Positions 26,386 through 36,789 of a stretch of 64,000 bases of DNA are shown here, in pieces (positions within the stretch are counted from its first letter, which is position 1; the number at the start of each line of letters is the position of its first letter). The stretch is from contig LSRY02000020.1 in the NCBI GenBank assembly GCA_001643675.2, positions 682,001 to 746,000 on the forward strand. Reading direction: 5' to 3'. The notes under the pieces were generated by a model. It saw only the letters and a list, made by a program, of their open reading frames with translations, did not search any database and had not been told where the DNA came from. Origin of the DNA: Monocercomonoides exilis PA203. Lineage: Eukaryota > Protista > Preaxostyla. Position numbers and translations under genes: made by a program.

Positions 26386-27886
26386 CTATTCTCTTTTTGA
26401 TGGGGTCGTTGATCCGCACTGATTGAATGGAGATTGAGTGATGCTATTACCGCTGAAGAACACATCGTTTCCTCTGCCATTAGTTGCAGTGTTGCCATCG
26501 AAGAAACAGAATGTGATGAATTTTACTCCACTCATCCAGTTATATGTTGCATAACAGTAAATGGCGGCGCCTCCATAATTAGTAGAGGCAGTCAATTCAT
26601 TTTTGATAAACTGGCAATCATTTACAACAAATTGACTTGGCTTATTGCTTGGAGGATTATTGAATGTAAAAGAACCAGCAGAATCGCTACCAGAATTTGA
26701 AATACATTTGCATTTGGAAAACAGGAATTGAGCATCTGAGGGCATGTAATAGAGGGAAAAGTACCAACCAGTTCTGCACCAGCCAGATATTGAACAACTT
26801 TCTACTCTTTTTTCTGAGAATGTCCAAACGAAATTTGATTGTGGTCAAGCTATTCAATTCGCTCCTCCATGAGCAGCTGAACAACTTGTGAAATTGGATT
26901 TTTCAATGTTGATATTTGACAAATTTTGAGAGAACAACGCTCCACCAAAATTTCCATTTACTGCACAATTGTAAAAAGAACAATAAGCAATTGTGAGATT
27001 TGAATTTGTACAACAAACATAAAGCGCACCACCATAACTTGATCCACCATTTGAATTATTCCATTCGCACCATTCGAAGCGATGACTGTTCAGATCGAAT
27101 GAAGTCAGCCTTCCAGGTTTCGCTCTTTGCGTTTCAGTTCCAATGTGTATGATAGGTGCGTTTGACAAAGAGCGTGTTTGGTGGAGAAAAGAGGCATTGA
27201 AGGCAGAGAGAGAAAAAGATGGGCTGTTGAGGTTGGGGAGAATGGCGCCATCAATGGGGTTGTGGGTGTGGAGGAAGATGGTTGAGTGGACGGAGAGAGA
27301 TGAGTGAAGAGAGAAAGAGGGGATTGCATTGGCGTTGATGTTTGTGGAAAAGGAAGAAGAGGAAGAGGTGGATGAGATAAATGGATTGAGTAAGCGCGAA
27401 GGAAGGGATGGAAGAGATTGAGGGGATTGAAGAGAGGAGATGTTTGAGAAGAGGGTGTCAGAGAGATGAGGATTGGGGTGGATTTGGAGGTGAGGACAGG
27501 ATTAGTGATGGATATGGAGAGGGGAAGGGGAAAAGGAAAGAGAAGAAAAAGAAGAGGAAAAGGAAGAGGAAGAGGAAATAGAAGGAGATGGAGAAGTTGA
27601 TGGGGAAGAGAAGGAAGAAAGAGAAAAAAGGAAGGGCTTGATGAGGGAGATGAACGAAGAGAATGAGGCGGGAATTGGAGAGTGGGCTTTTTTGAGGAGA
27701 CTGTTTAGGATGGAGAAGAAAAGGAAAATTAGGAGTTCTTGTTGAGATATGAGGGAGAAGTTGGTGAAGATGCTGAAGGAGGAGTTGGAAAATAAGAATC
27801 AAATAGAATGGAAAAGGAAGGAGCATAAATGGTTGATCAAAAGGAAAGATTGCAGAAAGAGAAATGAAAGTTGTAAGATTAAGCAT
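26386..27886 (-). pseudogene. Frameshifted, truncated beta-helix surface-protein gene (N-terminal module related to the giant receptor)
   Basis: Consecutive ORF fragments FEWCEWNN..YGGALYV..FYNC..FGGALF and YGGAAIYCY..FCFFDGNTATNGRGNDVFF. S/P/F/L-rich pyrimidine-encoded leader at 27105-27886. No TM or kinase follows. Confidence 0.7.
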
Positions 27887-28014
27887 CTATTTAAAAGGTT
27901 GAGAATTCACTATTGTGAAGATGAGACATACGGTTCTTAATCTGATTCGGAATCAACTCATAATATAATGAAGTGAAAGAAATGTTGAATTTTTCAAAAA
28001 CAATGGCAAATATA

Positions 28015-30195
28015 TAGTCAGGGACAAAACCCGGGATTTTCCGTTCAGCTTTTTTTGACACAATTCAAAACTTTTATATAGAAAAATTAACTGACTATCG
28101 AGTTTTTCGTGTATTTAGGTTGTTCGAACAAGCCAAATAAAATTGCCCGAATTGAATTTGCATTAAAAATAACAGTTAAAAAAGAAAGGCATTTGAAAAG
28201 CAACTGAAAACAAAGCACTGTTTAATAACGTTGAATCATGTTGAAAAATGAATTGAACAAATAATTTTCTTGTCACGTGAGATATTATTAACTGTAATTG
28301 AAGATAGATCCACATTTTCTTTCTGAAGTGTTCTTTCTTTTCCTTTTCTCACTCGCGAAAAGAATCTCTTCTTCTGATGTATCAAGTTGCTCTTTTCGAT
28401 CCTCTGAATTATCAGATTATTCGGTTGAAACATCATCGCGAATAATTGTTTTCCTTCCATGAATGTCTAAGTTGACATTTTCAACAGGTCCTGTTTCATT
28501 GAAGCTTTTGTCATTAACATTAGTTGATTCCTTCACCTCAGAAATTGCAACATCCTGCTTTGTTACTGAGCTTTTAGGCTGACTTTTTCTCTTTTTACCA
28601 ATTGAATGGGAAAGTTTTCAAAAAAATCATCTCCAGTTATAAATTTTTTGCTGATGCTGCTTGAAGGTGAAGAATTGTTTAACGCTTTTTCAATCATCAA
28701 AGAGTCTTCAATTTTCTGCGGAAGGCACTGATTAACAGAAGAAGTGTCAAATGGATAAATTCCGCATGCTTCAAATGACTTTTTCACAATTCTTGGAGAG
28801 AGAGAGTTACTAACCACTTCTGATACTGCAGGTTTTAATGATTTTCTGTAAGAAGAAATTGACGAATCAGAAGGAACCGAGAATACTCTTTTTAGGCTGT
28901 TTTTGAAATGCGCGAATACAAACCTATCCAGCGGCTGAGTTAGATGTGTTGTATGTGATGGAAGAATCAATAAATGGATTAGACGATCCCTGCACCAAGA
29001 TATCACTGGAAAACTTAGGCGAGAGGAATGCCCATCAAGAATAATCAAAGCGTAGGAAGACGGTCCATGAAGCTCAACTCTTTTCTCATTAATTATTGGC
29101 AATAATATTTCTATCTTAACCTTTTCAAAATCTCTTCTTGTCATCCAGCCTGTCCCATTTGCCAAACAGTTAATTCGATGATACTTCAATTCCTTTAGAT
29201 CATCGGAAATGGTCTGAGAAGGCCATAGCATGATTGGATCAAGTGATGTCCCATCTGCGAAAATAAAAAAAAACAAATGAGCATTTTTCCATCGCTGAGC
29301 TTATGGCAAAAAAGCATGATGAGTTTCTTATGTGACTACTATTTCCTCGTCAGACTGCTTCATCTAGATGCAAGTTTCGTCCATATTGATAATTAAATCT
29401 GATGTAATATTATAATCATCAATCACATTTTTTCAACAACGAAAACCAATTCCTCATATTTTCAATTGAGGATGCTTGAAGGCGATGAAGATCTATAAAA
29501 GTTGGTTTTATTAATTTCAGTAATCCACATTTCTTTATCAGCCTGCGTGCCCATTTTTTGCTGATTTTCATGACTTCAGGTTTTGGTGATCATTCCTTCT
29601 TTTTCTTCATCATCACATTTTCTGACTATCAAAAATGCATAATAAAAAAAAAAACAAACATAAAGCAACACACAAATCTGATAATGTCTGAAATTATCAA
29701 TTTGTTTGTTGATGATATTTGAGCAATTGCACAATCTTCTACTTCCTTGATTTCTTCTTTGCAAAATATCCCAGGTCTGCCAGCATGTTGAGGATCACGC
29801 CATGCTTTAATTGTAGCATTATGCCTGTAGATGGAAGAATGAGTAATGATTTTGTCTTTCACAGATTCTGAAGGTTTGGTTCCATCTTGTTTCAGAAGAT
29901 AATCAACTTTTTCCACTTTTGAAGGGAGGCGGCGAAACTCTGCTGAGGCCTTAATCGGTGATAATTTGTTGAAAGGGAGATCCGAAGAAACGTTTGCTTT
30001 TTTCATATGATTTATGGAAGTTTGATCATTCTATTTGATATAATTTCTTATTGAAGAGACAAATTTTTTGACAGGCATTCAAAGGATGAAATCAAGAAAG
30101 TCAATCAAGAATCGTTTTTTAATTTGGAATTGTTTCAAATAAACATTCAAAAAAATTATTCCAAACTGAAGTGTCCCGGGTTTTGTCCTTGACTA
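28015..30195 (-). mobile_element. pogo-superfamily (Tc1/mariner-pogo, DDE_1) DNA transposon, about 2.18 kb, full-length but inactivated
   Basis: TIRs TAGTCAGGGACAAAACCCGGGA (28015-28036) and TCCCGGGTTTTGTCCTTGACTA (30174-30195), 1 mismatch; TA on both sides (28013-14, 30196-97); internal transposase. Confidence 0.9.
28270..30006 (-). pseudogene. DD35D pogo-type transposase with a probable intron, nonsense mutations and frameshifts
   Basis: N-terminal GRP motif and HTH-like region (ISKKWARRLIKK); catalytic IINMDET, IILDGHSSR, LPSHTTHLTQPLD with 35 residues between D2 and D3. In-frame TGA/TAG/TAA stops and frameshifts near 29430 and 28615. Confidence 0.85.
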
Positions 30196-32087
30196 TATTA
30201 CAATTGTGATATCTTCAACTTTGAAGAAGTGAAACTAATTGAAAACAGACGAACAAAGTTTTCTTATCGCTAACTTCATCATCAACATGAAAAATGAAGA
30301 ACTTTTTTTGTTTTCTTACTTATTTTCATTGAAAGGTTCTTATGCAGTTTGTAATAATAAAAAAATGTGTAAATCAGTTGAAGCAAAAATATTGAATTTT
30401 CTAAAAAGTGAAATTTGAAATTCAAAAATTTTAATCTCATTTCTTATTTACAGTTATCTTAATATTGTGTTTGCCATTTTTATTTTCTCAGAGAGAGCTC
30501 CATGACGTTTCGGATTATCTTGGTTTGAGCTGGTTTTTGAAAAAAAAAAAAGAAAGAAAGAAAAAGAAAAAGAAAAAAAACATTTCTCATTTATCTGTTT
30601 ACCGAAACATTGCTTCAATACAAGCAGGAAGAGATCTTCATCATATTGGCCGTCTGGGTTTGTTAAATAAAAAAGAAATGGAAGAATTTGAGTATTGTGT
30701 AATTGCTCAAATATCTTCTTCAAATGAAATATCTCATTCAGATGTCATTTGATTGGTGCGTTGTTTATTATTTTGATTTATTAATCAATTTTTTTCGGAC
30801 TTCAAGAAAAAGTTAAACAAAAAATATTCAAAGATTATTCAATTGCATTGGAGTGTTGCATTATTAGAACAAAATGGACTTTCATGTTTATTAAGAAATT
30901 AAACTTGTTGAAGTTGATCAAACCAACATTAATTGATATATGTGGACAAAAGTATTCAACAGTTATAAACTTGAGAAATTGGCTTTCATTGTTGAAAAGT
31001 GTTATTGATGATTTTTTGATATCTTCAAATTTAATCATCAACATGGATGAGACTGGTGTATTTGTGAAACATTCTGATTTTGAAAAATCGTCGTTTTAAA
31101 AAGAAATGTAGCATTCTTTTATTTCTGAATTCCAATAATGGAAAAAACACAACATTGCATAATTTTTTTTATAGTTCCTTTTGTATAATTTACTAATAAA
31201 ATGAATATTTCATATTTTTATCAAAATTTTGTTCCAATTCACGAAACTTCAACGAAATGGAAGATAAAACTTGACAATGTGGTTATGCACATTCTTGTAA
31301 AGTTTCTTTTAAAGGGACAGAAATAAGATCTGAATATGATTTCTTGTATTTAGTTTTTAATTTTAACAAAAGGAATTTTTGAAAAAAAAATATGTATCAT
31401 TGTTTCACTCAATGTTTGCATAAGGAACATCGCTGGTTTCTGTGATTTTGCAGCCATCTTAGACGATTTTAGAATATTTGATCGAAATAAATTTCAACAA
31501 TATTTTCTGCATAGAAAATGGGACAGGCTGGATGACAAGAAGAGATTTTGAAAAGGTTAAGATAGAAATATTATTGCCAATAATTAATGAGAAAAGAGTT
31601 GAGCTTCATGGACCGTCTTCCTACGCTTTGATTATTCTTGATGGGCATTCCTCTCGCCTAAGTTTTCCAGTGATATCTTGGTGCAGGGATCGTCTAATCC
31701 ATTTATTGATTCTTCCATCACATACAACACATCTAACTCAGCCGCTGGATAGGTTTGTATTCGCGCATTTCAAAAACAGCCTAAAAAGAGTATTCTCGGT
31801 TCCTTCTGATTCGTCAATTTCTTCTTACAGAAAATCATTAAAACCTGCAGTATCAGAAGTGGTTAGTAACTCTCTCTCTCCAAGAATTGTGAAAAAGTCA
31901 TTTGAAGCATGCGGAATTTATCCATTTGACACTTCTTCTGTTAATCAGTGCCTTCCGCAGAAAATTGAAGACTCTTTGATGATTGAAAAAGCGTTAAACA
32001 ATTCTTCACCTTCAAGCAGCATCAGCAAAAAATTTATAACTGGAGATGATTTTTTTGAAAACTTTCCCATTCAATTGGTAAAAAGAG
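28589..32087. repeat. 572-bp inverted repeat: 28589-29160 is the reverse complement of 31516-32087
   Basis: Identical translation NGTGWMTRRD...PIQLVKR, identical DNA in the stretches compared by eye, both arms 572 bp; identity stops abruptly at both ends. Confidence 0.9.
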
Positions 32088-32330
32088 GAAAAGTTTCTTT
32101 TCAAAATCTTTACTGAAGCACAACATTTCGAAATATTGTGATAATGAATTATCAAATTCAATGAACAAAAGCTCTTGGATTTCAGAAGATAGAGAAATAT
32201 TAATAATTCAGAAACAAGAAAAGAGAATAATTGTGTGAGATGAAGCTTCTTAAAAACTGTCTGAAACAGAAAAAGTTCATGAGACATTAATAGAAATCTC
32301 TTTCGAAAATACGCTGTGTCAGTGATAAAT
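30560..32330 (+). mobile_element. Second, more degenerate pogo-like transposase copy in opposite orientation; no TIRs recognised
   Basis: DLHHIGR (cf. DPQHAGRP), KLIKPTLID, RNWLSLLK, IINMDETGV, then DDE ORF 31478-32116. Confidence 0.8.
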
Positions 32331-33246
32331 GCGTGATATTTTTTGAAATCATAACTTTTTTCAAAGTGTTAAATATCCAAAGGTTTTCATCATTTGAAAA
32401 AGAAATTTCTTCCGAATGAAAAAACATGACAATTATCACAAAAGCAAAAGTTTGAACTGAAATAATAGAAGAGGTGTCACAAACTTGATCTTTCACTTTT
32501 AAGGGTTCATATATGAATATTCATTACAAATTTGCAAAAAGAATATTTTGTCAGAAAAAAAATGGTTTCAAAAAAAATCGCACAAATCCATCAAATTTCT
32601 CCACAATGCACATATTCTCGCATCAAATGAGTTTCCGCATTCAAATTTACAAAGTTATAAAGTTTCATAAATTTATCACCAAAAATGATCAGATATGGCT
32701 CAATTTTCTTTTGCCCAGACATTAAACATGAAAGACTTTTCAAAAAGAAAAGCTCAGATAAATAAACACATTACAAAATTTGAGCATTCACATATTTTGA
32801 GATAATAATACAACATGAAATATCTTTTTTGTAATAAAAAGATAAATATGGAACAAAAAATTTTTAAAATTTTCTTTTGAGATAAATTCTAACTCAATGA
32901 AAAACCAAAATTTAGTGATAACGATAAGTTATAATTTGCCATTAATTCAAAAGGTTAGTAATATTTGTTGCAAAAAATGCTTTCTTATAAAATTAGGTGT
33001 ATTTCTTTTTTTTTTAAATTCCCTTAAATGTTATAATACGCTTAAAAATTTGTATGCGAAAATTTTAATTTGAATATTATTTCTAGAGTTAGGAGAATTT
33101 GGACAATTTCGTTAATTTTTTACGTTATCCATATTTTTAATAAATCTTAATTTGAAAATAACCAAAATAATAAAATATTAATATGATATCATCACCTTTA
33201 TAAATAAACATTTGGAAAAATTGATTGAAAAAGCACTTTTTAAAAG

Positions 33247-34474
33247 TTAATTAGATTTCTTGTTGTCTCTAACCTTCTTGGAGGCAACATATTGAGCTGC
33301 TTTCTCGGCGTGTGTCTGGAAGCGACCATGTCCGAATTTGGAAGAAGTGTCGATGAACTTCAGATAAGTTGGTCTTCTCTCGCGCTCTGGGCGAATTGAT
33401 TTTCTGATCGTGATGACTCTCTTTTTGGTACCAACAACACCTCCTTTGATCATCAGCCAATCATTTGTAACTTTTCCGTAGTGTGGGAAACCACCAAGAG
33501 GTGTGATTCCTTTCTCTGTCAGATCTGAATCGGTGGTAGCTGATTTTCTATCTCCAGCACGTCCAATACGATAGATCTTCTTGTTCACTTCAGTTCTGTG
33601 GAAGAATCCGTGCTGACCTGTACGGGCCACTGTGCGCATCACACGCGATGGATGCCATGCACCAATGCAAGCAACCTTCCTGCGTCCACGATGGGATTTT
33701 CTTTGAAGCTTACGAACACCCCAACGAGCAACAACACCTTGAGTTCCGTGACCACGAGAGATACCGATCAGATCGACCATCTCGTCTTCGCTGAACACAG
33801 TGCTGACACGCACTTGCTTTTCAAACAACTGATAAGCAAAGTGAACTTTGGCAGCCATGGCTCCACCGTTCACTTGGATCTCCATCAAATGAGCTTTCTT
33901 TTGTCCAATGTTGACCATTTTCATTTGAGTGTGTGCCAAGACACGCAGAACGGTGCAGTGCTTCACAATACGTTCCAATTGTTTCTTGTAGTTGGCATCA
34001 AATTTGCCAGAGTATTTGGTGAAGGCGAGCTTCTTGGACTTGTACCATTTCTTGTAGAACTTTCTTTTAACGCTGACATCCAAGGATTTGGCCCAGAGTG
34101 TTGTCAATGAGCGCAGACCACGTGGAGTCTCAATGTATCCCACCATACCGCACACAACCATTGGTGGGCATTCCAAAATTGTCACTTGTTCGCAAACTTC
34201 GTGACGATTTGCACGTGCTCCGTCAGTTTCACGGATAACGTGTGTGCATCCAGCCTTATATCCCATGAATGCTGTCAAGTGGCATGGTTTCTTGGGATCA
34301 TCCTACATAAGTTATTTATGGTAAAGAAATAACAGAACAACATAAATCTGGATGATAATTCAAAATTCAAACCTTTGGAAATGACTTAATCTTACCTTTT
34401 CCTCTGCGGCAACGCTTACGTGGTGTAAATCCAAGACTACCGTGACGAGGATGCTCGTATTTGCAATGAGACAT
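33247..34474 (-). CDS. RPL3: 60S ribosomal protein L3 (uL3), 2 exons
   Basis: [21 protein letters not shown]|[41 protein letters not shown]; intron about 34305-34372. Confidence 0.98.
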
Positions 34475-34639
34475 TTCGATCGAACGATCTATGATCTATT
34501 ATTTAGATAAACAAAATTGAACATATTTGAAAAACACTTAAAAGTTTAAAATTTATCATTTTTCTTTTTTCTTTGATATAATTTACGTTTTATGGATTTA
34601 TCCGAAAAAAGTTAGAGTAAGGTTGAATTGATCATTAAA

Positions 34640-36504
34640 ATGTCATTCCACGTTACTGCACCTACTGTCCAAGAAACAGACGATTTAATTGTTTCTTCAT
34701 TAGTCAGTCATGGCACAGATGTTGAAGAACGTGTGAATCTTGTGCTTTTATTAAAATTAACATTGAAAAATCTATATATGTTTTAGCCGCTCCTGGGGAA
34801 TATGTTGTGAAGCCTTATGCAAAGGAATATGTTTTCTGCACCAAAAAGAAGGTGCCGAAAGTTGGGTTTGCATGTTATATCTTAATTATTATTTATATAT
34901 AACGAATTTAATTGTGATTAATATTTAAAATTTCATTTGGATAAAATGATTTTTGATCCTGCTAATTGAACTAGAGTAATGCTTGTCGGACTTGGAGGAA
35001 ACAACGGATCGTCATTTGCAGGAATGATCATGGCTAACAAACACAAAGTCAAGTGGATGACAAAACGTGGAGAGATGTCGGCCAATTTTTATGGTTCACT
35101 TACTCAAGCCACAACAATTCGTCTGGGCAAATGTGGAGAAAAAGATGTTCACATTCCGTTTAAAAATGTCCTTCCAATGGTTGAACCAACCGATTTGGCA
35201 ATCGGAGGATGGGATATAAATAATATGCCACTGTATGAATATCATTGATTATTTTTTAAAATCATAATTAATTTTAATAAAAATGACATAGTGGTGATGC
35301 GATGCGCCGTGCTCAGGTGTTTGATTTTGAGCTTCAAAATGAATTGTACAAATACATGCAACCGATTGTCCCACTTCCATCAATTTACGATCCAGATTAT
35401 GTTGCAGCCAACCAGGAAGAGCGCGCAAACAATGTTATTACACTTCCAACAAAACAAGCCAAACTCGAGAAAGTTCGTGAAGATATGCGTAACTTCAAGA
35501 AGGAACACAATTTGGACACATTAGTCATTCTCTGGACAGCCAACACAGAACGTTTCTCAGAGATTACAGAAGGCATCCACGATACTGCAGATAATCTTCT
35601 GAAAGGAATTAAGAACAACGAGAAAGAAATTTCACCTTCTACAATGTTTGCAGTTGCTGCTATTTTGGAAGGAAATCCATTCATCAACGGCTCACCTCAA
35701 AACACACTGGTTCCTGGTGTGGTTGAACTTGCATTGCGCCACCAGGTGTTTATCTCAGGTGCAGATTTCAAAACAGGTCAGACCAAAATTAAGTCTGTTT
35801 TGACTGACTTTCTTGTTTCATCTGGTCTGAAACCAAGATCCATTGTTAGCTACAATCATCTTGGAAACAATGACGGAGCAAATCTGTCTGCAGCAAAAAC
35901 ATTTAAATCAAAGGAAACATCAAAAATGCACGTTGTTGATGATATTTTCCTCTCTAACCCCGTTTTGTATCCCAATCCCGAGAAGGATCAACCCGATCAC
36001 TGCATCGTGATCAAGTACATTCCCTTCGTTCAGGATTCAAAGAGAGCAATGGACGAATACTCCTCAGAGATCTGCATGGGCGGACTGAACACTATTGTGC
36101 TCCACAACACATGCGAAGATTCTCTCCTTGCCATTCCTGTGATGCTCGATCTTGTTGTTCTTACTGAACTGTTCACCAGAATTCGCATCGGTGAGCGCTC
36201 AGGCAAGACAGAGAAGGGACACGATGCTATGAAGCCACTCCCATCATCCAAGGCCTCTCTGCTTGATGGTGTTGAAATGTTCTCGTTCCACCCTCTTCTT
36301 GGAGCCATCCTTGGATTCTTGCTCAAGGCTCCAATGTTCCCCAAAGGCGTTCCTGTTGTTAACTCGCTGTTCAAACAACGCCAGTGCTTGGAGAATTTGC
36401 TCCGTGCATGCAGAGGATTGAACACCCGCACATGCATTGGACTCAACAAAATGTATTCAGCTATCCAAATTGGAGAAGAAGATAGAAAGAAGATAGGAAA
36501 ATAG
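34640..36504 (+). CDS. INO1: myo-inositol-1-phosphate synthase, 4 exons
   Basis: [67 protein letters not shown]. Confidence 0.96.
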
Positions 36505-36789
36505 AAACATTAAAATAAATGAATATTATAATTGCCTGCTAGGGTTTAGTTTTCGCTCTTTCAACATTATTTATTATTGTTGAGGCTTATTTTTATATTA
36601 ATTGCATTTTTTATTCACATACATAGAAGCCAATCGTTATTTTCTTATAAATCTGTTGTTTTCGTTTTTTAAAAGGAGAAAAAGCACCATTCATTTTATA
36701 CTTATTTGACTTTGCTTTTTTTTAAAAGTATTTGCAAACATTCAAAACCAAAAATTTGGAAGAATAAGGTATGGTCATTGATCATAGAA

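Noticed and set aside
28605-28630. Possible programmed -1 frameshift at T TTT TTT in the transposase
   Set aside because: A -1 slip there lands immediately on TGA; a one-base loss in the following A run (mutation or homopolymer sequencing error) explains the frame change better.
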